A DNA stretch of 64,000 bases. Origin: an uncultured Candidatus Rokubacteria bacterium. Lineage in GTDB: Bacteria; Methylomirabilota; Methylomirabilia; Rokubacteriales; CSP1-6. Location of the stretch: NCBI GenBank assembly GCA_963771355.1, contig CAVYTA010000005.1, forward strand, positions 352,001-416,000. Reading direction: 5' to 3'. Of this stretch, positions 9,144 through 18,178 are shown in pieces (the stretch's first letter is position 1; every line of letters starts with the position of its first letter). The notes beneath the pieces were generated by a model, which worked only from the letters and a program-made list of their open reading frames with translations, did no database searches and was not told the DNA's origin. Position numbers and translations under genes: made by a program.

Positions 9144-10181
9144 ATGCAGTTCGCGATCCAGAATCTCCTGTCGTGGCGGGACTGGCAGAGCCATCCCGAG
9201 GTCTACGCCAACTCGCTGGAAGAGTGCCGGCTCGCCGACGAGCTGGGCTTCCATGCGGTGTGGCTGGCCGAGCATCACTTCTCGCCCTATGGCATCTGCC
9301 CGAACCTCGCCGTCTTCGGCGCCGCCGTCGCGCGGGAGACGAAGCGCGTGCGCATCGGCACCGCGGTGGTGATCGAGCCCTTCAGCCATCCGGTGCGCAT
9401 CGCCGAGGAGTTCGCCATGCTGGACATCCTCTCCGGCGGCCGGCTCGACTTCGGCATGGGGCGCGGCTATCAGCCGAAGGAGTTCATCGGGCTGGGGGTC
9501 TCCATGGAGCGGACGCGCGAGCGCTTCGACGAGGGTCTGGAAGTGATCCGGCGCGCGTGGACCCAGGAGAGCTGGACCTTCGAGGGCGAGTTCTACAAGT
9601 TCCGCGACCTCACCGTCCTGCCCCGGCCGGTGCAGAAGCCGCACCCGCCGCTCTGGACGGCGGCGGTATCGCCCGACACCTATGCCCTCGCCGGGCGCCG
9701 GGGCCTTCGCATCCTCACCTCGCCGTCGTTCACGCCCTTCGACATCCTGCGGCGCAACTACGACGCGTACCGGGCCGAGTACCGGACCACCCACGGCGGC
9801 GAGGGGGAGATCTGCCTCAACAAGATCATCCACGTGGCGGAGACGCGGCAGCAGGCGCGCGACAATCTACGCGAGCCCATCCGCTGGTTCTTCCAGACCC
9901 AGGCCGGGCTCATCGCCGATCCCTCCGGCGTGCCGCCCGACCAGTACAAGTTCTACCGGCGCGTGCGGGAGAACCTGCTCTCGCTGTCCGAGGAGCAGGC
10001 CCTCGACCAGGCGGCCATCGTGGGGGAGCCGGAGGAGGTCGCGGACAAGATCCGCCAGCACGCGGAGGCCCTGGGCATCACGTATTTCATGGGCGCCTTC
10101 TCGCGCGGCGGCCTTCCCCAGGAGGCGGTGCGGCGGTCGCTGCGCCTCTTCGGCGAGAAGGTCATGCCCCGCCTCGGCTGA
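9144..10181 (+). CDS. LLM-class flavin-dependent oxidoreductase
   Basis: WLAEHHF, HPVRIAEEFAMLDILSGGRLDFGMGRGY, PRPVQKPHPP. Confidence 0.92.
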   Translation: MQFAIQNLLSWRDWQSHPEVYANSLEECRLADELGFHAVWLAEHHFSPYGICPNLAVFGAAVARETKRVRIGTAVVIEPFSHPVRIAEEFAMLDILSGGRLDFGMGRGYQPKEFIGLGVSMERTRERFDEGLEVIRRAWTQESWTFEGEFYKFRDLTVLPRPVQKPHPPLWTAAVSPDTYALAGRRGLRILTSPSFTPFDILRRNYDAYRAEYRTTHGGEGEICLNKIIHVAETRQQARDNLREPIRWFFQTQAGLIADPSGVPPDQYKFYRRVRENLLSLSEEQALDQAAIVGEPEEVADKIRQHAEALGITYFMGAFSRGGLPQEAVRRSLRLFGEKVMPRLG

Positions 10182-10187
10182 GAGATC

Positions 10188-10253
10188 GTGCGGCCCCGGA
10201 CCGCGGACGTCGTCGTCACCGGCGTGGACGCCATCGGCGCCTCCATCGCCTAG
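10188..10253 (+). pseudogene. Vestigial N-terminus of an FAD-dependent oxidoreductase
   Basis: VRPRTADVVVTGVDAIGASIA* resembles TADVVIVGGGVHGCSLAY of the gene at 7650. Confidence 0.5.
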
Positions 10254-10273
10254 CCCCTCAAAGGAGAAGGCCC

Positions 10274-11329
10274 ATGCGCGGCATCACCTTCCTCGGCGAC
10301 CGTGAGCTCGAGATCCGTGACTTCCCCGACCCCAAGCCGGGGCCCGGTGAGGTCATCCTCCAGATGAAGGCCTCCGGCATGTGCGGGAGCGACCTGCACG
10401 CCTATCGCGCCTCGCGCAAGGGCGGGGGCATGGCCGCCTCGCTGGGACTGGGCGGCGACGCCGGGCCCGTCATCGCGGGGCATGAGCCCTGCGGGGTGGT
10501 GGCCGAGCGCGGCGCCGGCGTGACGGAGGCGGAGGCGCCCATCGGCCAGCGCGTGATGCAGCATCACTACAAGGGCTGCGGCCTGTGCAAGCACTGCCGC
10601 ACCGGCTGGTCCCAGCTCTGCGGCAAGGGCATCACGGTGTATGGCGTCACCGGCCACGGCGGCCATGCGCCCTACATGAAGGCACCCGCCTTCACGCTGG
10701 TGCCGCTGCCCGACGAGCTGTCCTTCGAGGAGGGCGCGGCGGTGTCCTGCGGCACCGGCACCGCCTACGGCGCGCTCCGCCGCATCGACATCTCCGGCGT
10801 CGACACTCTCGCCGTCTTCGGCCAGGGCCCGGTGGGCCTCAGTGTCACCATGCTGGGCGCGGCCATGGGCGCGCGCGTGATCGCGGTGGACATCGCGCCC
10901 GAGCGGCTCAAGCTCGCCCGCGACTTCGGCGCCGAGGCGGTGATCAACTCGAAGGAGACCGACCCCATCGCCGCGCTCAAGCAGCTCACCCATGGCGAGG
11001 GCGTGGACGCGGCCATGGACTGCACCGGCCACGCGGACGCGCGGGCCGCCGCGGTCCGCAGCACGCGCACCTGGGGCCGGGTGTGCTTCGTGGGCGAGGG
11101 CGGGCAGGTAACGCTCGACGTGAGCCCGGACATGTTGCGCCGCCAGCTCACCATCGTGGCCTCGTGGACGTTCAACACCGTGGGCCAGGCGGAGTGCGCG
11201 CGCTTCATCGCCGACCGCAAGGTGCCGCTCTCGCGGCTCCTCACCCACCGCTACGCGCTGGACCAGGCGACGGACGCCTACCGGCTCTTCGATACCCAGA
11301 CCACGGGGAAGGGCGTGTTCGTCTTCTGA
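10274..11329 (+). CDS. Zinc-binding alcohol dehydrogenase (MDR family)
   Basis: GMCGSD, GHEPCG, CGLCKHC...C, GQGPVG; AAGGAG RBS. Confidence 0.93.
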   Translation: MRGITFLGDRELEIRDFPDPKPGPGEVILQMKASGMCGSDLHAYRASRKGGGMAASLGLGGDAGPVIAGHEPCGVVAERGAGVTEAEAPIGQRVMQHHYKGCGLCKHCRTGWSQLCGKGITVYGVTGHGGHAPYMKAPAFTLVPLPDELSFEEGAAVSCGTGTAYGALRRIDISGVDTLAVFGQGPVGLSVTMLGAAMGARVIAVDIAPERLKLARDFGAEAVINSKETDPIAALKQLTHGEGVDAAMDCTGHADARAAAVRSTRTWGRVCFVGEGGQVTLDVSPDMLRRQLTIVASWTFNTVGQAECARFIADRKVPLSRLLTHRYALDQATDAYRLFDTQTTGKGVFVF

Positions 11330-12865
11330 GCGACGATCGGGCGACGATCCGCAGCGCGCTGGTCCGCTCCGCGGTACCCCAGAACCTGCTGGGGGCGGTG
11401 CTCACCTTCGTGTATTTCCGCTACGTGGACCCGTCCCGGAGGGGATCGGGACGCGGTCCGGGATGGATCGAGCTCACGTTTTCAGTGGTGGCCTTCGCGG
11501 TGCTGGCCGGCCTCGGGTACTGGATGGGCCGGCGCTGGACGCGGCGGCTCCAGCCAGCCGGGGACGGGGCGGCGGATCCTGGCGATCCGCCGGCGCGCGC
11601 TGCTGGTGCCCTTCCTCCTGGGCGGGATCACGCTTGTGGGCTGGGTGCTCGCGGGCGTCATCTGGGGCGTCGTGCTGCCGTGGCTGCTGGGCGGCCTGAG
11701 CTGGCCCCTCGCCCTGCGCACCATGTTCGGCACCACCGTGGTGGCCGGCACCGTGGCCGCGTTCTACGCCTTCCTCTCCGCCGAGCGGCGATGGCGCCTC
11801 ATCCTTCCCGCCTTCTTTCCGGAGGGTGGCCTTGCCCTCGTGCCCGGGGTGCCGCGCCTCCGCGTGCGCTCGCGGCTGCTCATCGTCTTCCTCCTGATCA
11901 GCGTCCTGCCCATGTCGGTGCTCGGGGTGGTGTCCTATACGCGCGCGCGGTTGCTCGTGGGCGCGGACGCGGGCGCGGCGGGCTCGCTCGCGACCGACGT
12001 GCTCGTTCTCATCGGCTTCGTGATGGCGGTGGGCATCGCCGCCGCCGTGGGGCTGGCGATCTCGGTGTCGCGGAGCGTGGCGGAGCCGCTGGGCGCCCTG
12101 GCCGGCGCCATGGCTCAAGTGGAGGAGGGGCGACTGGAGACCCGCTGTCCGGTGGTCTCCAACGACGAGATCGGCGAGGTGACCTAAGGCTTCAACCGGA
12201 TGGTCCAGGGGCTCCAGGAGCGCGAGCGCGTGACCGAGATCTTCGGCAAGTACGTCTCGCGAGAGGTGCGCGACGAGATCCTCGCCGGCCGCGTGGCCCT
12301 GGAGGGCCAGCAGCTGGAGGTGACCATCCTCTTCTGCGACCTCCGCGACTTCACGCCGTGGGTCGAGGCCGCCGACCCCCGTGAAGTCGTGCGCGATCTC
12401 AACGGCTACTTCGGCGAGATGGAGGCGGCCATTCGCGGTCAGCGCGGACTGGTGCTCCAGTACATCGGCGACGAGATCGAGGCGGTGTTCGGGGCGCCGG
12501 TGGCCCATGCCGATCATGCGGAGCAGGCGGTGCGGTCGGCGATGGACATGCGGGCGAGGCTGGCCGCGTGGAACCGGGACCGCGAGCGCGCGGGCAAGAC
12601 GCCCCTCCGCCACGGCATCGGCGTCCATACCGGGACGGTGCTGGCGGGGAGCATCGGCAGCCGCGAGCGCCTCTCCTATGCGCTGGTGGGCGATGCCGTC
12701 AACCTGGCCTCGCGCATCCAGGGCCTCACCAAGGAGCTGGGCGGCGACATCCTCGTGAGCGGCACCACCCACGCGCGGCTGGGCGGACGCATCCCGCTGA
12801 TCCGCGCGGCCGCCGCTCACGTGAAGGGGCGCGCCGCCGAGGTGGAGGTGTACCGGCTGGCCTGA
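11326..12865 (+). pseudogene. Membrane HAMP + class III adenylate/guanylate cyclase, disrupted by a frameshift (about 11580) and in-frame TAA (12185-12187); start uncertain
   Basis: TM helices; HAMP end NDEIGEVT*GFNRMV; cyclase motifs ILFCDLRDFT, YIGDEI, GDAVNLASR. Confidence 0.82.
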
Positions 12866-12878
12866 GCGGGGGGCGCGC

Positions 12879-13127
12879 CTAGTGGAACAGTCCGAGCGCC
12901 CTCAGGATGACGATGAGCAGCACCGCGCCCACCACCGAGACGATCAGCCGCGCCGCCGCGCCGTAGGCGGCCATCCCGATGACGCCGGCCAGGAAGTGGC
13001 CGAGGGCGGAGCCGACGATGCCGACCACGATATTGGCGATGATCCCCATCTGCGCGTCGGTCTTCATGATGAGGCTGGCCAGCCAGCCGATGATGCCGCC
13101 GATGATGAGGGAGAGGAGCAAGCCCAT
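12879..13127 (-). CDS. GlsB/YeaQ/YmgE (transglycosylase-associated) small membrane protein
   Basis: IIGGIIGWLASLIMK...NIVVGIVGS; AGGAGG RBS. Confidence 0.9.
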   Translation of the reverse strand: MGLLLSLIIGGIIGWLASLIMKTDAQMGIIANIVVGIVGSALGHFLAGVIGMAAYGAAARLIVSVVGAVLLIVILRALGLFH

Positions 13128-13274
13128 GGTCGGTCCTCCTGAGTGTTTCGCCGCGCGGACAGTCCGTCAGGAGACTGACGTCCTCGGGGCGGTGGAAGAG
13201 GCCCTCTACCGCTAGCGCACACCGATGTGGTTGACCTGCAAGGGCGTTTTTCGCCGAGGGTCCCGGGCCGAGCC

Positions 13275-13290
13275 TGGCATCCCAGTTGCT
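13275..13290 (+). promoter_or_regulatory. Putative sigma54 (-24/-12) promoter
   Basis: TGGCATCCCAGTTGCT, exact GG-N10-GC, 70 bp before ATG 13360. Confidence 0.65.
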
Positions 13291-13359
13291 CCTCCTCCCT
13301 GTGGCGCGGCCGTGTCCCGGATTCCCGGGCGTTGGAAGGCCCCGCTCGAGGAGGCTTAT

Positions 13360-14079
13360 ATGGACCGTGTGACCATTCGCCGCGCGCTGCGCGCGGCTCT
13401 CGATCTCAAGTATCTCACCGTGGCGACCGCGGTCACCATCGCGCTCGGCTGCGGTGGATTCGCGGCGGCGGCGCCGGCGGACGAGGCCATCGGCACGCCG
13501 GATCAGTACAATAGCGCGAAAGCGCGGACGCTGGCGAGCACGCACCATGCCCAGCTCGTCGGTCTCTACGAGAGCATCAGCACCTGCCTGCCGTGGGTGA
13601 ACGTGAATACCCGCGGCATCGGCTTCCGCAAGCCCAAGTGGGCCAAGGAGGACGAGCGCTATCTCACCACCTGGATCCTCATCGACCAGAAGGACGATGG
13701 GCGCTTCGGGGCCTTTCCGGTGGAGCGGCGCGCCTCCGCGATGTTCTCGCGCTACGGCGTGGATCTGCTCCGGCGCATGACCGCGCTCAAGGGCGTGGCC
13801 GGCGACGCGGGCCTCCAGGGCTACGGCGTGGTGCTGTCGTGGACCAAGCCCGGCTCCGACCAGAAGGTGAACGAGAGCCTGGTGTTCTGGGTGGACAAGG
13901 CCACCGCGCAGGGCTTCGTCACGCGGCGCGTGCCCGCGACGGAGCTGGTGAGCCGCGCCAAGCTCAACTACTTCGACGGCACCGAGGAGCACGGGCGCAT
14001 CGCGCTCGAGGTGTGGGAGGACAACTTCACCACCACCTTCAAGGTGAAGGACGCCGCGCCCAGCGCGCAGACCTGCTGA
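13360..14079 (+). CDS. Hypothetical exported protein
   Basis: GAGGAGG RBS, signal-like hydrophobic stretch, typical codon bias; no family recognised. Confidence 0.75.
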   Translation: MDRVTIRRALRAALDLKYLTVATAVTIALGCGGFAAAAPADEAIGTPDQYNSAKARTLASTHHAQLVGLYESISTCLPWVNVNTRGIGFRKPKWAKEDERYLTTWILIDQKDDGRFGAFPVERRASAMFSRYGVDLLRRMTALKGVAGDAGLQGYGVVLSWTKPGSDQKVNESLVFWVDKATAQGFVTRRVPATELVSRAKLNYFDGTEEHGRIALEVWEDNFTTTFKVKDAAPSAQTC

Positions 14080-14099
14080 CCTCCGCTCCGTAGCACCGG

Positions 14100-14139
14100 C
14101 CGGCGCCGCCGCGGGGAAGCGCTCCCGCGGCGGCGCCGG
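14100..14139. terminator. 16-bp perfect hairpin between convergent genes (probable terminator)
   Basis: CCGGCGCCGCCGCGGG-8nt-CCCGCGGCGGCGCCGG; no U-tract. Confidence 0.65.
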
Positions 14140-14166
14140 AACCAAGCTCTCCCCTCCGGGCCTGCC

Positions 14167-15309
14167 TTACCAGAGCTCGCGCGACGCCAGGCGAGCCCCC
14201 TCGGCCAGGCTGCCCAGCTTGGCCCACACGATGTCCGGATCCACCGCGGCCTGGCCCACCCAGGTGCCGAAGCCGCAGTCGGTGCCCGCCATGACGTTCT
14301 CGCGGCCCACCAGGCGCGCGTAGCGGGCGATCCGCTCCGCCACCAGGAGCGGGTGCTCGATGAAGTTCGTGGTGGAATCGATGACGCCCGGGATGATGGT
14401 CTTGCCGTCCGGCACCCGCACCGTCTCGAACACGCGCCACTCGTGCGCGTGCCGCGGGTTGGCGCCCTCGAAGGAGACGGCGGTGGCGCGGGCGGCCAGC
14501 ACCAGGTCGATGATGTCCGCCAGCGCCACGTCGAAGTGGTGCGGCCCCTCGTAGTTGCCCCAGCACACGTGCATGCGGATCTGCCCGGGGGGGACGTTGG
14601 CGAGGGCATGGTCCAGCGCCTCGATGTGGAGCCGGGCCATCTTGCGGAACTCCTCGATACCGAGGTCCGCGAACTGGATATGCCGGCCCATGCCGAGGTC
14701 GGGGCAGTCGATCTGCAGGACGAAGCCCGCGCGCGCCACCGTCTCGTACTCGTGCTTCATCGCCTCCGCGATGGCGAAGAGGTAGGCCTCGTGGCTGGGA
14801 TAGTGCTCGTTCTTGAAGAAGAGCGAGATCACCCCCGGAGAGGCGGCGGTGAGGAACGCCTCGCGCGCCCGGGCCCGCGCGGGCGCCGCCTGAAGATTGG
14901 CGACGTCGGTGCGGGCGGCCTCGGGATCGCGCAGCGCCACCGGCTCCGTGCAGGCGGGAGTCTTCCGGCGGGCCCGGCCCGGGTCCCCGAAGACGCGGCG
15001 GGCCATGCCGGGGAAGTCCACCAGGTCGCGGTACTGGAGGGGCTCGGACTTGCCCTTGAAGCCGTGGAGCCGGTCCTTCACGTAGGTCGCGTAGCTGGGC
15101 TTGCTGTACTCGCCGTCGTCCACCACATCGATGCCCGCCGCCACCTGCTTGCCCACCACCTCCGCCACCGCCGCCTCGATGCGTGCGGCGAGGGCGGCCG
15201 CATCCACCGGCACGCCCTCTTCCTTCGCGAACATGGTCTTGGTGAGGTCCTCGGGCCGGGGCAGGCTGCCGGTATGCGTGGTGAGGATGCGGTCGGTGCT
15301 GCGCTGCAC
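14167..15309 (-). CDS. Cobalamin-independent methionine synthase II family protein (single-barrel MetE-like)
   Basis: RILTTHTGSLPRP, HVCWGNYEGPH, AGTDCGF; GTG start with AGGAGG RBS. Confidence 0.9.
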   Translation of the reverse strand: MQRSTDRILTTHTGSLPRPEDLTKTMFAKEEGVPVDAAALAARIEAAVAEVVGKQVAAGIDVVDDGEYSKPSYATYVKDRLHGFKGKSEPLQYRDLVDFPGMARRVFGDPGRARRKTPACTEPVALRDPEAARTDVANLQAAPARARAREAFLTAASPGVISLFFKNEHYPSHEAYLFAIAEAMKHEYETVARAGFVLQIDCPDLGMGRHIQFADLGIEEFRKMARLHIEALDHALANVPPGQIRMHVCWGNYEGPHHFDVALADIIDLVLAARATAVSFEGANPRHAHEWRVFETVRVPDGKTIIPGVIDSTTNFIEHPLLVAERIARYARLVGRENVMAGTDCGFGTWVGQAAVDPDIVWAKLGSLAEGARLASRELW

Positions 15310-15317
15310 TGTCCCTC

Positions 15318-16475
15318 CTAGCGCTGGTTGGCGAGCACGAGGGTGCCCGCGGCCGAGAGCATCCCGCCCATGCCGTTGACCAGGGAGAGCTTGCAGTTCG
15401 GCACCTGGCGCGCGCCGCATTCGCCGCGGAGCTGGCGGGTGGACTCGATGATGGGGAAGATCCCGTACATCCCGGTATGCGTGTACGAGAGTCCCCCGCC
15501 GTTGGTATTGATGGGCAGGGTCCCGCCCGGCGTCGAGCGCCCCTCCTCGAAGAAGTGCACGCCCTCGCCGCGCTTGGCCAAGCCCAGCGACTCCAGCATG
15601 ATGGGGGGGCCCGAGGTGAAGGCGTCGTAGAGCATGACGTGGTCGAAGTCCTTCGGCGCCACCCCCGCCATGCCGAAGGCCTTCTCGCCCGACATCCGCG
15701 TGGCCTCGCTGTAGGTGAGGTCGCGCATCTGGGTGACCATCACGTGCTCGGTGGCCTCGCCGGCGCCGCGGACGTAGACGGGCGCTTTCGCGCAGTCCTT
15801 GGCGCGGTCCGCGCGGGTGAGGACCACCGCGCCGCCGGCGTCGGTGACGAGGCAGATATTGAGCAGGTTGAAGGGGTAGCAGACCGGGCGCGAGCTGAGC
15901 ACGTCGGCCACCGTGATGGGCTCCCGGTTGCGCGCCTTGGGATTGAGCGCCGCCCACTTCCGGGTGGATACCGCCACCTGCGCCCACTGCTCGAGCGTGG
16001 TGCCGTGCTCGTGCATGTGGCGCGTGGTGATCATGCCGAAGTAGGTGGGCGCGCCCGCGAAGCCGTAGGGGATCTCGAACTGACCGGAGAGGCTGGTGTC
16101 CCGGCTGCGGGTGACGCCCACCCCGGAGCGCCCCGACTCGCCGTGGGAGACCACCGCCACGTCGCAGAGACCGTGATGCAGCGCGGCCACCGCGTGACCG
16201 ACCATCATGATGAAGGAGCAGCCGCCCACGGTGGTCCCGTCCACGTAGCGGGGCGTGACCCCGAGGGCCTCGCCGAGCAGCGACGGGGAGTGCTGCCCGG
16301 CGGTGAAGATGCCGTCCACGTCCCGGACCTTGAGGCCGGCGTCCCGCACCGCGTTGGTGATGGCTTCCAGGTGCAGCGCGAGCTGGCTCTTGTTCGGGAG
16401 GATGCCGATCTCGTCGCTCTCGTCCACGCCGACGATGCAGGCCGAATTGGAAAGCTCCTTCATGGTCCCGCTCAT
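15318..16475 (-). CDS. Thiolase-superfamily protein (SCP-x/Ltp2-like)
   Basis: CLVTDAGGAVV, LYDAFT, INTNGGGLSYTH; ATGA-coupled to DUF35 gene. Confidence 0.88.
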   Translation of the reverse strand: MSGTMKELSNSACIVGVDESDEIGILPNKSQLALHLEAITNAVRDAGLKVRDVDGIFTAGQHSPSLLGEALGVTPRYVDGTTVGGCSFIMMVGHAVAALHHGLCDVAVVSHGESGRSGVGVTRSRDTSLSGQFEIPYGFAGAPTYFGMITTRHMHEHGTTLEQWAQVAVSTRKWAALNPKARNREPITVADVLSSRPVCYPFNLLNICLVTDAGGAVVLTRADRAKDCAKAPVYVRGAGEATEHVMVTQMRDLTYSEATRMSGEKAFGMAGVAPKDFDHVMLYDAFTSGPPIMLESLGLAKRGEGVHFFEEGRSTPGGTLPINTNGGGLSYTHTGMYGIFPIIESTRQLRGECGARQVPNCKLSLVNGMGGMLSAAGTLVLANQR

Positions 16476-16918
16476 CGCGCCGCTCCCGCGCCGGCGGATC
16501 CCGCCGGCTTGAACAGGGGCACGGTGAACTCGTCGTTGAGCTTCTCGTAGACGACCTCCACCGGCATGTCGCAGCGGATGAGCTTGGGATCGGGGGCGAT
16601 CCCCACGAGGTTGGACAGGAGACGCGGCCCCTCTTCGAGCTCCACCATGGCGAGCACGTAGGGCGGCTTCACCTTGAACGCCTTGTTGAGCGGCTGGTAG
16701 GAGATCTCGAAGGAGAAGAGGCGGCCCCGGCCGCTGGACTGGACCCAGCCGATCCGGCGCGAGTGGCACTGCGGGCAGACGACGCGCGGGTAGAAGAAGC
16801 AGTGGCCGCAGTCCTGGCACTTCGGCAGCATGAGCTTCTGCTCGCGGAGGCCGTCCCAGTAGGGCTTGGCCTCCGGCGTGATGGGCTGGGGCAGGGGACG
16901 CTCGAGCTCGGGACTCAT
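16472..16918 (-). CDS. DUF35 Zn-ribbon/OB-fold protein
   Basis: PYWDGL, CQDC...CPQC, SGRGRL, PYVLAMVELEEGPRL. Confidence 0.92.
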   Translation of the reverse strand: MSPELERPLPQPITPEAKPYWDGLREQKLMLPKCQDCGHCFFYPRVVCPQCHSRRIGWVQSSGRGRLFSFEISYQPLNKAFKVKPPYVLAMVELEEGPRLLSNLVGIAPDPKLIRCDMPVEVVYEKLNDEFTVPLFKPAGSAGAGAAR

Positions 16919-17029
16919 GGGTGAGGGCGGGCTCCTTTCGCGTGGAGACTGCGTGACGACCCGCCGAGAGTAGTCGCATGCGCCCGACTCGTCAAGGCGG
17001 GAACTTATGCTAACGTCGGGCGGTCGGCG

Positions 17030-18178
17030 ATGCGCACCGTATCGTTCCGCCTTCTTGTCCTGCTCGTGCTCGTCGCGGGCGCGACGCCCGCTCCCGGGCA
17101 GGAGGCCCTGCACCTCGTGAAGACGGGCACCTCCGCGGAGGATCTCTACCTGGCCGGCGCGCGCATCGAGTTCCGCGGCGAGGCGGACGGTGACCTCGCC
17201 GCCGCCGCGCGGAGCCTCTCCATCGAAGGCCTCGTCCGTGGTGACGTGGCGGCCGCTGCGGGCTCGGTGTTCGTGGCGGGCCGCGTGCTGGACGACGTGC
17301 GCGTGGCGGGGCAGCTGGTGGTCCTCGCCGGCGAGGTGGGCGACGGGTTCCTCGCCGCCGGCGAGGTGGTGCGGATCACCGGTCCCTCCCAGGTGGGCGG
17401 CTCCGCCTGGATTCTCGGCCGGCGGGTCGACGTGTCGGGACGGGTGCGGCGCGAGCTGCGGGTGACCGCGGTGCGGGTGCGCATCGAGGGGATCGTGGAG
17501 GGCGATGTCTATCTCGCCGCCCGGGACATCGAGATCCTCCCCGGCGCCCGCATCACGGGAAGCCTCAGCTACTGGAGCGGCCAGGAGGCGCGCATCGCGC
17601 CGGAGGCCCGGATCGCCGGCCGGGTGATCCAGCACCAGCCCCGGTTCTTCGACCGCGCCGGCCGCGTGCTCACCGTGCTCGAGCTGGTGACGCGGACGCT
17701 GGTGGTGGTGAATCTCTTCGTCAGCGGCGTGGTGCTCTTCCTCCTGTTCCCGCGCTTCACGGTGGCGGCCGCGCGCACGGCGGAGCGCCGGCCGTGGACG
17801 AGCCTCGGCACCGGCGTCGCCGTCCTCGTGCTCACGCCCCTCGCGGCGGTGTTCCTTGCCCTCACCGTCATCGCGATCCCGCTCGCGCTGGCTCTGGCCG
17901 CCCTCTACGTCCTCGCCCTCTTGCTGGGCTTCATCATCGCCGCCTTCGCTCTGGGTGATGTCGGCGCGCGCGCCTTCCGGCTCGGCGCCGCTCACGGCCG
18001 CGGGGCACGCATCGCCCGGCTGGCCCTGGCGGTGCTGGCGCTCGCTCTCGTCCGCTTCGTGCCGGTGGCGGGGCCGCTGATCCTGCTCGTCGCGCTCGCG
18101 CTGGGCGTCGGTGCCTGGACGCGGCGGCTCTACCGCGGCTATCTCGGAATTCCCGAAGAGGAAGGAGTCTTCCCATGA
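17030..18178 (+). CDS. Membrane protein with polymer-forming (bactofilin-like) beta-helix repeats
   Basis: Signal peptide, repeated G-x-V-x-G-D-V motifs, C-terminal multi-TM region. Confidence 0.75.
   Translation: MRTVSFRLLVLLVLVAGATPAPGQEALHLVKTGTSAEDLYLAGARIEFRGEADGDLAAAARSLSIEGLVRGDVAAAAGSVFVAGRVLDDVRVAGQLVVLAGEVGDGFLAAGEVVRITGPSQVGGSAWILGRRVDVSGRVRRELRVTAVRVRIEGIVEGDVYLAARDIEILPGARITGSLSYWSGQEARIAPEARIAGRVIQHQPRFFDRAGRVLTVLELVTRTLVVVNLFVSGVVLFLLFPRFTVAAARTAERRPWTSLGTGVAVLVLTPLAAVFLALTVIAIPLALALAALYVLALLLGFIIAAFALGDVGARAFRLGAAHGRGARIARLALAVLALALVRFVPVAGPLILLVALALGVGAWTRRLYRGYLGIPEEEGVFP

Noticed and set aside
2010..9833. Very long alternative-frame and antisense ORFs (e.g. 2010-4730 +, 7143-9833 -; many more across the window)
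   Set aside because: Shadow ORFs of high-GC coding DNA; they overlap motif-bearing genes and show no family motifs.
9144..10181. Bacterial luciferase
   Set aside because: Generic LLM enzyme; no luxB or luxCDE.
12185..12187. Stop-codon recoding (Sec/Pyl or alternative code)
   Set aside because: The codon is TAA at a Glu-like position, TAA also ends the gene at 1752, and the gene has another lesion.
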